Virus genome (UHGV): UHGV-0019118
Length of the DNA: 31,495 bases
Strand: one strand, 5' to 3'
Source of the DNA: a virus
Both the position numbers and the translations under genes were made by a program. The notes under the pieces are model-generated. The model made no database searches and was not told where the DNA came from. It worked only from the letters and a program-made list of their open reading frames with translations. The stretch's first letter is position 1, and each line of letters begins with the position of its first letter. Below are positions 1 to 9,320 of this stretch, piece by piece.

Positions 1-78
1 GCTGTTCGTAAAGCTAAACTGTACTACCTGCGTGAGCGTACTGGTAAGGCTGCTCGTATCAAAGAGCGTCTTAACTGA
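1..78 (+). CDS. rplS: 50S ribosomal protein L19, 3' end (partial; window starts inside the gene)
   Basis: Frame 1 translates to AVRKAKLYYLRERTGKAARIKERLN*, which matches my memory of the E. coli L19 C-terminus; stop TGA at 76-78. Confidence 0.85.
   Translation, partial: AVRKAKLYYLRERTGKAARIKERLN
64..76. repeat. attL core (direct repeat gagcgtcttaact) overlapping the last codons of rplS
   Basis: Exact 13-mer also at 31319-31331; flanks on the phage side resemble the displaced host 3' flank only imperfectly. Confidence 0.7.
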
Positions 79-117
79 TAACGCATTCACGCTACATCCA
101 AAGCGTGTTGTAAAACA

Positions 118-148
118 AGGGGTTGGCGAATCGCCGACCCCTTTTTTA
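118..148. terminator. Rho-independent terminator supplied by the prophage downstream of rplS (also 3' of ogr on the other strand)
   Basis: GC-rich hairpin ggggttggcga/tcgccgacccc followed by a TTTTTT run; an A-run precedes it, so it can act in both directions. Confidence 0.6.
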
Positions 149-183
149 TTGGCGGTGGCGGCAAATTGGCGGCAGAAGCAGGT

Positions 184-402
184 TTAAAGCCAAAGTTGCT
201 GTTGTTGGTTCCTGATGGGGTGGGGCGGAGCAGGATCAACAGTACCCGGTTTCACAATGAATCTTGATAGCGTCTCAAAAGTGATAAATGTACATCCGCA
301 ATTTATGTTCTGGCACTGGTGATAACGTTCTTTTGTTTCGGCGCTAAGGTACCGGCTAGTGCGAGCATGTGCGGCGTTTTGGCATAACGGGCAGTGCATC
401 AT
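184..402 (-). CDS. ogr: Ogr/Delta-type zinc-finger late-gene transcription activator
   Basis: 72 aa; MMHCPLCQNAAHARTSRYLSAETKERYHQCQNINC matches the P2 Ogr Cys4 zinc-finger pattern; located at the attL end as in the P2 prophage. Confidence 0.9.
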   Translation of the reverse strand: MMHCPLCQNAAHARTSRYLSAETKERYHQCQNINCGCTFITFETLSRFIVKPGTVDPAPPHPIRNQQQQLWL

Positions 403-477
403 AATTATTCCCCCTGCTGGCGTATCTGAGGGAATAATAAACCCTAAGGTTGCATTTGCAAGTTTTGATTTGCTTTT

Positions 478-1647
478 TCAGTTTTCACTTTCCTCTGAGC
501 TGTACTCCACATCGGAGAGCTTAACCTCAAGCTCTAAGCCCGTCGTGAATCCATTATTATTCAGATTGTGAGTTACCTTACTGATTAACCAAGACTGCTC
601 GTCTATGACGCGCTTAAAGCCTGACACACGCACCGGTATCTCAGGGAATAAATCAGCCCTACCAAGCGCCAGCGTAATTGAAAACTCCGCAACGCCTCGC
701 TGTAGCTTATCCCACTTAGCCTGAGCGGCGCGCATCGCCTGCGCCTTAGAAGCGTAGACAGTCGTCAGCGCCAGCACGTTATCGGCCTCACCGGCCATAT
801 ACTCACCCTCGCGCGCCTCCGGCTCTTTTTTGGCCTTTGTCTTTTTGCTAACCGGCTTTGCTTTCGGGTGCTCCAGTGCGCGCAGGTGCTTCTCTTTTGG
901 CTTACGTTTCAGTGTTACTTTCTGCTTTTGCAGCTTCGGGTCTTTAGTATGCAACCATTTTGCTGTTACGCCGGTGTAAGCCCCACGGTCAGCAATGGCA
1001 AACTGATGACGGTCGCCATCGCTGCGGGTCAGCGTCATTTGCGGGACGGGCTTGCCGCTGGCGGTCATTGCACTACCGGCTTTCAGAAACAGGAGCTTAC
1101 CTGCCTTCACTGACACCGCCGCCCCATTGCGGTCAGCCAACCGGGTCAGAAATACGGCGTCGGACTCCTGCGACTGGTCGATATGCGGTACCGGTATTTT
1201 TTTCAGTGAATCCGCGACACTGGCCGTCAGTTTATTGCGCTTTGCAATGGTGCTGACCAGCTCACCGAGGGTGGTGTCATGCCATGACTCTTCACGCCGT
1301 GAATTGAGTGTTCCCCGAAAATCTGCACTACGCGCCCGGATGGTCAGGGTATCAGGCGCGCCCCGGTGCTCAATCTCATCGACCGTGAAATCTCCCTTAT
1401 TCAGAAGCGCCGAACCCTGCCAGCCAAGCCACAGCGTCAGCACCGCCCCGCGCAGAGGTAACTCGACTTTGCCGTCGGTATCGTCGAGCTCAATGTCAAG
1501 CTGGTCAGCCTCAAAGCCCCGGTTGTCTGTCATGGTGAGAGAAATCAGTCGGTCACTAAAATTACTGGTAATGTCCTGGCTGTTCAGCGTCAGCATAAAT
1601 GCCGGTGCAAGGCTGGTACCGGCGTCAATGGTCATGCCCGTAATCAT
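478..1647 (-). CDS. D: Tail protein D (late tail gene D)
   Basis: 389 aa, size and position as P2 gpD at the end of the FI-FII-E-T-U-D operon; 4-bp overlap with U. Confidence 0.8.
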   Translation of the reverse strand: MITGMTIDAGTSLAPAFMLTLNSQDITSNFSDRLISLTMTDNRGFEADQLDIELDDTDGKVELPLRGAVLTLWLGWQGSALLNKGDFTVDEIEHRGAPDTLTIRARSADFRGTLNSRREESWHDTTLGELVSTIAKRNKLTASVADSLKKIPVPHIDQSQESDAVFLTRLADRNGAAVSVKAGKLLFLKAGSAMTASGKPVPQMTLTRSDGDRHQFAIADRGAYTGVTAKWLHTKDPKLQKQKVTLKRKPKEKHLRALEHPKAKPVSKKTKAKKEPEAREGEYMAGEADNVLALTTVYASKAQAMRAAQAKWDKLQRGVAEFSITLALGRADLFPEIPVRVSGFKRVIDEQSWLISKVTHNLNNNGFTTGLELEVKLSDVEYSSEESEN

Positions 1648-2129
1648 GCGGTCAGCCCTCCGAGCGCACCCTGCAGCTTATCAGTCAGATTACCGGCAGA
1701 GCCGAGAAGCTCGCTGGCTTGCTTATTCAGGTCGCCAAACATTGCCGTCAGTGATTCGTCGACCCGTTTCAGCGAAAGTGTAAAATCAATCTTTCTGGTC
1801 GCGCCGTCGCTGAAAAACTCGGTATGCGTGGTCGACACCTTATCGACGATATACATTCCGAAGATATTGCCGGTTCCCTCAATAAGCGGCCACGCTCTAC
1901 CCTCGTCGGCCATCAGCTCAACAGCCAGCAGGGATATACGACCGCCAGTAATAGCAGGGTAAAGCGTACCGGCAAGCTGGATCGAGTTTTCCCCCTCGCC
2001 GAGAAACTGATACGCAGGCGGTTTACCCACTCTGTCATTAGACGCCCAGCGGTAATCCTTCGAGTGCTGCATCGACTGATAAGGCAGGGTGCGGCGTTCA
2101 AACACAAACATTCCAAGCGCAAGCATCAT
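1644..2129 (-). CDS. U: Tail protein U
   Basis: 161 aa, between T and D as in P2. Confidence 0.75.
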   Translation of the reverse strand: MMLALGMFVFERRTLPYQSMQHSKDYRWASNDRVGKPPAYQFLGEGENSIQLAGTLYPAITGGRISLLAVELMADEGRAWPLIEGTGNIFGMYIVDKVSTTHTEFFSDGATRKIDFTLSLKRVDESLTAMFGDLNKQASELLGSAGNLTDKLQGALGGLTA

Positions 2130-2141
2130 CGTTTATGTCCC

Positions 2142-4583
2142 TTAGTCATGGCCCATACTGGCACGCTGACGCGCACGCTTTTCACGCTCAATCTGTTCGA
2201 GCGTATCGCGTAACTGTCTGTCAAGCTGATGCCCCGGTGCAACACCTCCCGGCAGAGTGATGTTGTATTCACTTTTACTCTGGTCAATGTAAGAGTGTCC
2301 CGCCGGTGCGGTAACTGGCTGGTAAGCCTGATAGCCTCCATATGTGCTGGTTGCCGGGATGTAGGAATTACCCTGCGTGGCGGCGTTGGTTTTGGCGGCA
2401 GTCTGGTCGAGGCTGTCCGATTCTTTGTTGATGATGCCGAGTTTTTCGAGAAGCCAGTCGACACCGCTGCGCAGCTTGTTAAAAACATTGAGCGGAGCCA
2501 TCAAGGCAGAGGCCAGTGCCTGACCAAATATGACGCCGACATTTTTGCAGCTATCGAGCGTCTCCTGCGTGGCCTTGACCGGCGCAATCAGGTCTTTAAA
2601 CCATTGCCAGACGCCGCGCAGTTTCTCACCGAGTCCGTCAAAAATGGGCGCCAATGGAGCAAACATTTCCCCGACCGGTGCAAAGGCACTCATGATGCCC
2701 TCAATCACCCCCGAGAAAAATGCGCTGATGGGCTCCCAATATTTGCGGATGAGTAGCGCCCCGGCCACAATCGCCGCACCGACGGCCACAATCGGCCAGG
2801 TAATCGCACCGAGCGCTGTCACAATGGCACTACCAGCAACAGTAAAGACCGTACCCAACACGCCAGCAGCGGCGATAATGGCGTTAATCCCCATGACAAC
2901 CGGCCACGCAACGAGACCAATGCCGCCGATGATACCAATCAGAGCAAGTGCGCCACCGGCAATAATGCCGATAGTTGTCGCCAGACCTTTGTTTTTCTGG
3001 ATCCAGCCGTCGAGCTTTAACACATATTGTGTGGCTGTTTGGGTGAGTTTACGCAGCGAGCCCTCTTGCTGGTCAAAAAGGTCGGTACCGACTGCCTCAT
3101 AAGCCGACTGGAACTCTTTAAAGTCGCCGCCGAGGTTATCCTGCATAACCTTAACCAGTTCCTCGGTTTTACCGTCCGAGGCTTTAAACGCGGCAGTGAG
3201 CCTGTCAAGTTTGCCGCTTGAGGCTGCTTCCATCAGCACCGCCGCCGCCGAGCTGGCCTCCTCGCCGAAAATGGTTTTCATGTACTCGCCGCGCTGGCTT
3301 GTCCCGAGGTTGTTTTTCTCAAAGCTGCGCTGCATTTCTTTCAGGATGGAGAATATCGGGCGCGTGTTCCCCTTGCTGTCGGACGTTTTGACGCCGAGTT
3401 CCTTAATGGCCTCAAACGCTTTTCCGGTGGGAGCCTGCAGGCGGCTGAGAATGGCGCGGCTACCGGTACCCGCCATTGACCCGGTGATTTTGGCGTCGTG
3501 CAGCGCACCGACCATTGCGGCGGTTTGCTCGATGCTCACCCCGGCATTTTTCGCCACTGGCGCGGCATAGGTCAGCGCGTCGCTCAGTCCGTCAAAATCG
3601 GCGGCGGTTTTGTTCATTGTCATCGAGAGAACGTCGCCAATGTGAGCAATCTTGTCGTTTGAAAGTTGAAACGCTGATTTCATCCCGGTCAGCAGCGCCG
3701 CGTTTTCCTCCATTGAGCGCCGGTTTGACAGCGCCATATTCAGCGTGACTGGCGTCGCCGCCTGAATGGTAGCAGCGTCACCGCCGCTTTTCGCAATGAT
3801 GATTTGCGCGCTCGCTGCGTCATCTGCAGAGGCTGCAGTATTGTCGCCGAGCTGACGAGCCTGTTTGCGTAGTGCCTGCATTTCTGGCGACTGCTTATCG
3901 ACCCCGAGCACGGCCTGCAGTTCGGAATTTTTCTGCGCAAAGTCATAACCGGGCATCAGTAATTTAACCCCGGCCATCGTTCCCGCTGTCGCGATACCGA
4001 CCCCGGCAGCACCGGCTGCGGCCATGTTACCGGCAAGCTCTTTCCCTGACTTATATCTCTCTTTCACCCGGCTTAATTTCGCCTGCTGCGCACTGACGCG
4101 TGCCAGTGCCTCGCGCTGGCGGTTAAGCTGCGCCGTCGTTTCGCTGATGGAGGTTTTTAGCCGACGCTCTTCGGCAGACAGGGTGCGGGTATTAATACCG
4201 GCCTGCATCAGCTCGGAGCGCTGGCGCTGTACTGACGTTCTCAGGCTGTTGTATTTCGTCTGCAGCTCAGAGGCGGCACGCTTTGCCGCTTCGAGTGCCT
4301 GAGCCTGTGCGCGGGTCGGACTGGTGGTGTTTTTAAACTGTACGGCCAACTCACCAGCTTCGCGTTTCGCCTTATCAAGCGCCTGACTGGTCACGGCCAG
4401 TTGCGCGCTTGCCTTACGAAAGCCGTCGATTTTCGACGCCTGACCATTCAGGTCACGCAGCCCTTTTTGTGTGTCGCGAATATCACCCGAGAGGGTTTTA
4501 CTCGCGGTCTGGATGGATTTAAGCGGTCGGGTCGCCTGGTCGACCGCTTTCAGCAATACCTCAAGCCTCAGGTTATTACTCAT
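2142..4583 (-). CDS. T: Tail tape measure protein
   Basis: 813 aa, coiled-coil N-terminus and Gly/Ala-rich hydrophobic central segment, position between E/E' and U. Confidence 0.85.
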   Translation of the reverse strand: MSNNLRLEVLLKAVDQATRPLKSIQTASKTLSGDIRDTQKGLRDLNGQASKIDGFRKASAQLAVTSQALDKAKREAGELAVQFKNTTSPTRAQAQALEAAKRAASELQTKYNSLRTSVQRQRSELMQAGINTRTLSAEERRLKTSISETTAQLNRQREALARVSAQQAKLSRVKERYKSGKELAGNMAAAGAAGVGIATAGTMAGVKLLMPGYDFAQKNSELQAVLGVDKQSPEMQALRKQARQLGDNTAASADDAASAQIIIAKSGGDAATIQAATPVTLNMALSNRRSMEENAALLTGMKSAFQLSNDKIAHIGDVLSMTMNKTAADFDGLSDALTYAAPVAKNAGVSIEQTAAMVGALHDAKITGSMAGTGSRAILSRLQAPTGKAFEAIKELGVKTSDSKGNTRPIFSILKEMQRSFEKNNLGTSQRGEYMKTIFGEEASSAAAVLMEAASSGKLDRLTAAFKASDGKTEELVKVMQDNLGGDFKEFQSAYEAVGTDLFDQQEGSLRKLTQTATQYVLKLDGWIQKNKGLATTIGIIAGGALALIGIIGGIGLVAWPVVMGINAIIAAAGVLGTVFTVAGSAIVTALGAITWPIVAVGAAIVAGALLIRKYWEPISAFFSGVIEGIMSAFAPVGEMFAPLAPIFDGLGEKLRGVWQWFKDLIAPVKATQETLDSCKNVGVIFGQALASALMAPLNVFNKLRSGVDWLLEKLGIINKESDSLDQTAAKTNAATQGNSYIPATSTYGGYQAYQPVTAPAGHSYIDQSKSEYNITLPGGVAPGHQLDRQLRDTLEQIEREKRARQRASMGHD

Positions 4584-5063
4584 TGTTGTTTCCGCTACGC
4601 TGCAGCGCCTTTTCGCGCCATGTGATGAGCTCGGTCAGGCTCAGGGAATAGAGCTCTGATGGCGGCCAGTGGAATATCACCGCGATATCCGCCATCAGGT
4701 CATCGGTCGACAGGTCGGGCGGGAAGTCTACTCCGCCGAAGCCGGTGACAAAAAACCAATCACCTTAGCGGCCAGCGACAGCATATCGGGCAGGTTCATC
4801 GCGGTTAGCTCCTGCGTGGTGAGCGCGGGGTAGGTCATGCGGGGCAGGACTTTAATCAGCGCATCGACCTCAGACTGCGCCACCGCCGCCAGACTGACAC
4901 CGCGCAGGGTACCGGCGTTCGGCTCAATCAGGGTGACTTTATCAATCGTCTGACCGGCGCGCTTAATCGGCTTGTCGAGGGTCACGACGTTCGGGTTTAC
5001 GGTGTCAATTTCATTGCCAGCCGTATCAACAAATTCAGCGGTTTTACGTGGTGCTTTTGCCAT
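4576..5063 (-). CDS. Tail assembly chaperone E+E' made by programmed -1 ribosomal frameshift
   Basis: Slippery heptamer T TTT TTG in the E frame at 4749-4755; the -1 frame is open for 57 further codons (VTGFGGVDFPPDLSTDDLMADIAV...RSGNNNE) and stops at 4576-4578, overlapping the T start codon. Confidence 0.65.
4728..5063 (-). CDS. E: Tail assembly chaperone E
   Basis: 111 aa immediately downstream of FII; ends IGFLSPASAE with a slippery heptamer near its 3' end. Confidence 0.75.
   Translation of the reverse strand: MAKAPRKTAEFVDTAGNEIDTVNPNVVTLDKPIKRAGQTIDKVTLIEPNAGTLRGVSLAAVAQSEVDALIKVLPRMTYPALTTQELTAMNLPDMLSLAAKVIGFLSPASAE
4749..4755 (-). other. -1 frameshift slippery site (TTTTTTG) for E/E+E'
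   Basis: Heptamer is in the X XXY YYZ register relative to the E reading frame. Confidence 0.65.
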
Positions 5064-5126
5064 GATGTTTTTCTCTGCTCTGAATGGAGATTAATAACCG
5101 GCCAGCAGTGCTGACCGGTCAGGGAA

Positions 5127-5645
5127 TTACAGCCCGATTGCGCGGCGGTGCTGTTCCAGACGGTCGACGCCGTTCACCTTCTCGACCATGTTGACGGTGT
5201 CGATTTCGATGACGTCGCTACCATCAATCGTCAGGCGGTAATAGGTGCAAACGGTCGACAGTTTGGTCGAGGTGTTTTCACCCTGCTTATTTTCGCCGCC
5301 GTCGATTTCTTTGTGACGGCCACGCATGACCACCTCGACCGCGATGACTTCGCCGGTGTCGTCGCGCTGGTAGGATCCAGCAAAACGCAGCGGCACGGCG
5401 TCAGCACCCGGCGCTGCATATTGCGCCCATAGCGCCACATCAGGCAGACCACCGACAGACCATTCGACGGTGAGCGCATCATCGTCGAGACCGAGGTCAA
5501 TCGGTGCCGCACCATTCATGCCGCCGCCGCGATAGTTTTCGAGCTTGCGGGTCAGCTTCGGCAGCGTCACGGATTCAACAACGCCCATGTAGCTCAGGCC
5601 GTCATTGAACATGTTCAGATATTTGAGTTTGCGGGGTAGTGCCAT
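5127..5645 (-). CDS. FII: Tail tube protein FII
   Basis: 172 aa, same length as P2 FII, downstream of the sheath gene. Confidence 0.85.
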   Translation of the reverse strand: MALPRKLKYLNMFNDGLSYMGVVESVTLPKLTRKLENYRGGGMNGAAPIDLGLDDDALTVEWSVGGLPDVALWAQYAAPGADAVPLRFAGSYQRDDTGEVIAVEVVMRGRHKEIDGGENKQGENTSTKLSTVCTYYRLTIDGSDVIEIDTVNMVEKVNGVDRLEQHRRAIGL

Positions 5646-5660
5646 GTTATTTCAGGCTCC

Positions 5661-6848
5661 TTAGCTGTTGACCGATTCGGCCAGATTCACCAGATATTTA
5701 TCGGTGATGCGCTGGCGCAGGGTCAGGCTTTCCAGTGGTGGAACCGGCGTATAGTCGTAGTCGATATACAGTTTCCCGGCCTTGAGGGTTTCCTTATCGT
5801 TCGATTCCTCGTCGAACCAGCATTCACCGTCCACGATGTAGCCGTTAGATTTCAGCTCGCGGAATTTGGCGTTGATGCCATCGACAATGTCGCGGATGAG
5901 CGATGCGGTGATGGGCTTATCGACCGCCCACATGTGCGCCTCGGCCATCGTATCGGCCAGCACCTGCGCGGTGCGGGTGTAGTTCTCAAACAGGAAAAGC
6001 GGGTCATCAGAGCAGGTGCGGTTACCCCAGAAGCGGAAACCATCCTTACGCACCAGCGTAGTGACCCCGGCCTCGTTGAGCAGGTCAGCATCGGTGCCGG
6101 ATGCCTGCAAATCCCAAAAAACTGAGGCGCTGATGCCGGTGACACCCTGCACGCCAACGTTAGACAGGGTTTTGTGCCAGCCGACAGTCTGGTCGATGTA
6201 GGCACGCAGGCCGAGTGCGCGCGCAGTGGCGTAGGCCGTCGCGGTGGCGTTCGCGGTAGTGTCCCATGCGAGGAAGTCAGGCCAGATAACCATCAGCTCG
6301 CGCTGGCTGAAATTGTCTCGGTATTTGATGGCGTCTGAAATGGTTTTACAGCCCCATGCGCTGACATAACCAAACGCGCGCAGACTGATACAGACCGACG
6401 CGAGCGCGGTTGCGACTTCCTGCGTATCGAGACCCGGCACGCCGAGAATACGCGGCTTAACACCAGTGACCGCTTCGGCAGTCAACAGCGCCTTGATACC
6501 GGTGTATTTACCGTTCTCATCCGTGCCGCCGATGATGTTAGAAATGGTCTGCGCCTGAGCTGCATCCGGGTCATCGTCGACACCTTCGGCAACGCGCACG
6601 ACAACGGTGACGGGTTTTGACTGGTCGGCGATAGCCTGCAGGGATGCGGCCAGCGTGCCTTTTTTACCGGCTTTCGCAATGGCGCTCTGCACATTGGTAA
6701 TCAGTACCGGCTCATTGAGGGGGAATGTTTCGGCATCCGCATCGCTGGCCGTGCAGACCATGCCAACGATTGCGGTTGCTACAGTGGAAATGACGCGGGT
6801 GCCGTCGTTAATCTCAAGCACCTGTACGCCGTGGTGAAAATCACTCAT
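5661..6848 (-). CDS. FI: Contractile tail sheath protein FI
   Basis: 395 aa, first gene of the FI operon, size as P2 FI. Confidence 0.85.
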   Translation of the reverse strand: MSDFHHGVQVLEINDGTRVISTVATAIVGMVCTASDADAETFPLNEPVLITNVQSAIAKAGKKGTLAASLQAIADQSKPVTVVVRVAEGVDDDPDAAQAQTISNIIGGTDENGKYTGIKALLTAEAVTGVKPRILGVPGLDTQEVATALASVCISLRAFGYVSAWGCKTISDAIKYRDNFSQRELMVIWPDFLAWDTTANATATAYATARALGLRAYIDQTVGWHKTLSNVGVQGVTGISASVFWDLQASGTDADLLNEAGVTTLVRKDGFRFWGNRTCSDDPLFLFENYTRTAQVLADTMAEAHMWAVDKPITASLIRDIVDGINAKFRELKSNGYIVDGECWFDEESNDKETLKAGKLYIDYDYTPVPPLESLTLRQRITDKYLVNLAESVNS

Positions 6849-6979
6849 CCGGTTAACTCCGTGGTTAGTGGGCGAGTGTTATTGTCCTGGCTGGTCTGGT
6901 GAGGAGCTATTTGTCGGCGATGGGTAGCGGATGACACATAAACAAATCATAAAAAAGACGGGCATCAGCCCGCCTCGCA

Positions 6980-7576
6980 TTACTCCGGTTTAACCGGCCA
7001 CTCGATATCCGGTGCCGTGGAGGTATCGACCGCGTTCAGTGCCTGAATGTATTTCATCCACGCAATCAGGCTGGCCTTGTCATCGTCGCTGATGATGCCG
7101 AGCTGCAGCTCAGTCTGCCACAGGCTGATTGCGCTTTGCGCTTCGGCCAGCATTGAGGCTTTTTTCTGCTCAGCTTCCAGTACCTGCCCCCGCTGCAACG
7201 CATTTTCATCCGTTACCCATTCGCTACCATTCCACTCGTCATAAGGTGTTGTTGGTGCAATGGTGGTCACATTATCAGGATAGTCACCCGGCCTCGTCAC
7301 CTTTACAGTTTGTCCGGTTTGCGTATCAAAAACCAGTTCGCCCCGGTGGTCTACAACATATTCCCATCCAGCCTGACCAGTCATTCGACAAATAGCAAAA
7401 CCGTCTTTTCCATCCGGTGGGGCATCCGTACAGGAGTGCGCGGGAAGCCCAACGCCTACAGCAAGAAACTCAACCGTCGCGGATAAATATTCTCCGGTAT
7501 CACCATCAAAGTTAAAAACCGTAATATCGCCAGCTTTAGTGGCAATCATGTTTTTGTTTAACGTTGCCTTTGCCAT
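6980..7576 (-). CDS. G: Tail fibre assembly protein (chaperone)
   Basis: 198 aa directly downstream of and overlapping the tail fibre gene by 1 bp. Confidence 0.65.
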   Translation of the reverse strand: MAKATLNKNMIATKAGDITVFNFDGDTGEYLSATVEFLAVGVGLPAHSCTDAPPDGKDGFAICRMTGQAGWEYVVDHRGELVFDTQTGQTVKVTRPGDYPDNVTTIAPTTPYDEWNGSEWVTDENALQRGQVLEAEQKKASMLAEAQSAISLWQTELQLGIISDDDKASLIAWMKYIQALNAVDTSTAPDIEWPVKPE

Positions 7577-8715
7577 TATGCAGCCCTTACGATGAAGTTG
7601 AACGCGATGTTACGTGAGCGGGTTTCTGCAGCAGTCTTAGGCGTGTTTAAGCCCGGATTGTGCCACCCTGTACTTGCTTTATAGGTACGCAAAAATGAAT
7701 ATTGCGCCTCTGAAGTACCAGCCAGCCCGCCATTGTTACCCACAGGTTTACCATCAGCACGAAGGTATATTTTTGATTGAGTGTAATCATCCCATTGCCC
7801 GTTGCTGGTTTCCTTCCCGATGTATCGCATCCCATCAGAGAAAGCCGCATAGATATCACGCTCAGTGCTACCCTGTTCTACACCTGCATAGCCTTGGTTG
7901 GTTGGCATTTCCAGAGCATGGTCTTCAAAAGCAAATCCCTGAGCGCTCAACAGAGCACGCCCTGCATCCACGCCACGCCCGTCATCCCAGCCACGCAGAA
8001 ACTCACCGCGCAAATCAGGCAGATTACCGGAAGGATAAGCAACGGCCAGCTTTGGATATTTCGCCTTGTCAAAAGCCGCACCGTTGCATTTTAGCCAGCC
8101 GTCGGGCGGCGTTGCCTGCGGCCACGGCAGCGGAAAGCCAACCGGAATATATTTATCAATATCCGCCGTTTTGAGGTACTGAGCGTGCGGGTCAGCAGCG
8201 GCGAGGTGTGCGGCCATCAGACTATCGGCATAGGCTTTCACCTCGATAACCTTGTCGTCGACATACTGGCGCGTTGCCAGCACGACTGCCGGGTCGATTT
8301 TCAGGGTGATTGCCGAGGTGCTCGACACAATCAGAATCATGCGAATGGTCTGCGTGCGACCGCTCCCCTCCTGCAGTTGCGGCTTGTAGGTCTCCGGGCA
8401 GTTCGCCACGGCAATCAGGATGCCGTCGTCATCGTAGAGACCAATCTCTCGGATCCAGAAACCTCCCTCATTCTCGGGAATAATCTGTTCTGCGATAATC
8501 TGGCTGGTATTGTCCGGGTCAACGGTCAGCAGGTTCAGCGGCGCGATGCGCTTCTGGTTGATGAGCTTCGTCTGCGCCGGGTCTGGGGTCGGCAACGTAC
8601 CATTCGCGTCACCGACCGCCATCTGCGTCAGGTTCAGCTTAGTACCGAGTGCCGCCGCGTTCGCCAGCCGTGCCGCGCCCTGATTGGTCAGAATGGCAAA
8701 ATATTTTGCGGTCAT
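7576..8715 (-). CDS. H: Tail fibre protein H (short form)
   Basis: N-terminal ~170 aa (KYFAILTNQGAARLANA...GGFWIREIGLYDDDGILIAVAN...YVDDK) resembles the P2 gpH N-terminus; only 379 aa in total. Confidence 0.75.
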   Translation of the reverse strand: MTAKYFAILTNQGAARLANAAALGTKLNLTQMAVGDANGTLPTPDPAQTKLINQKRIAPLNLLTVDPDNTSQIIAEQIIPENEGGFWIREIGLYDDDGILIAVANCPETYKPQLQEGSGRTQTIRMILIVSSTSAITLKIDPAVVLATRQYVDDKVIEVKAYADSLMAAHLAAADPHAQYLKTADIDKYIPVGFPLPWPQATPPDGWLKCNGAAFDKAKYPKLAVAYPSGNLPDLRGEFLRGWDDGRGVDAGRALLSAQGFAFEDHALEMPTNQGYAGVEQGSTERDIYAAFSDGMRYIGKETSNGQWDDYTQSKIYLRADGKPVGNNGGLAGTSEAQYSFLRTYKASTGWHNPGLNTPKTAAETRSRNIAFNFIVRAA

Positions 8716-9320
8716 GCGTTCACTCTCAGGTTATCAATCAAATGGATGGCCGAGGCCGGGTAATATTCACCGCCGACGACAATTTCCTCGGGGGTGTAGG
8801 GGTAAACGGTCAGCGCGTCGCCGTCGTAACATCCCGCGCCGACATACAGCTCGCCGGTTGAGCTCAGGCTGATAGCCAGCCCGGTCAGGTGACGACTTGC
8901 TGGTTTGGCATCTTCAATCAGGCGCTCAAGCTCCTGATACATTTCGTCAGTGATGCCACTGTCGAGCACGCCGACAACAAGGCGGAATGTGCCTGGCTCC
9001 TCGTCGAGCTGCCACCATTCGAGCACCTCAATCAGAAAACCTAGCGGCTCAACCACCCGACGCAATGCGCTGATGGTGCCTTTGTGCTGATGGACGAAAA
9101 ACGAGGACGCACAGACGCTGCGTTTTGTCGCTTCCGGCCACTTTTCATCCCACCTGTCGACCGACAGCGCCCACGCCAGATACGGCAGCAGGTTTACCGG
9201 GCAGGTGCGCCAATTCCACAGGGTGCGCAGCGGTATCGGCACGCGCTGAATTTCAGAGAGCGCGGCAGCGGCAGCAACCTCCAGCGGTGATGAGCCAACG
9301 GGTAACAGCCGGTCACTCAT
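8712..9320 (-). CDS. I: Baseplate assembly protein I
   Basis: 202 aa between J and H; 4-bp overlap with H. Confidence 0.7.
   Translation of the reverse strand: MSDRLLPVGSSPLEVAAAAALSEIQRVPIPLRTLWNWRTCPVNLLPYLAWALSVDRWDEKWPEATKRSVCASSFFVHQHKGTISALRRVVEPLGFLIEVLEWWQLDEEPGTFRLVVGVLDSGITDEMYQELERLIEDAKPASRHLTGLAISLSSTGELYVGAGCYDGDALTVYPYTPEEIVVGGEYYPASAIHLIDNLRVNA

Noticed and set aside
1052-1783. 243-aa plus-strand ORF overlapping D and U
   Set aside because: Antisense to conserved tail genes; Ser/Arg-rich low-complexity product; no independent signals.
2229-3570. Several 120-190-aa plus-strand ORFs inside the tape-measure gene
   Set aside because: All antisense to T, which is supported by length, position and composition; no RBS or promoter evidence.
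6849-6979. G-FI junction examined for Z/fun-type cargo
   Set aside because: Only about 130 bp separate G and FI; it contains a terminator-like hairpin and presumably the FI late promoter, but no ORF. This hotspot appears empty here.
7674-8763. Plus-strand ORFs of 105-192 aa inside the tail fibre gene H
   Set aside because: Antisense to H, no translation signals; His/Arg/Cys-rich products.
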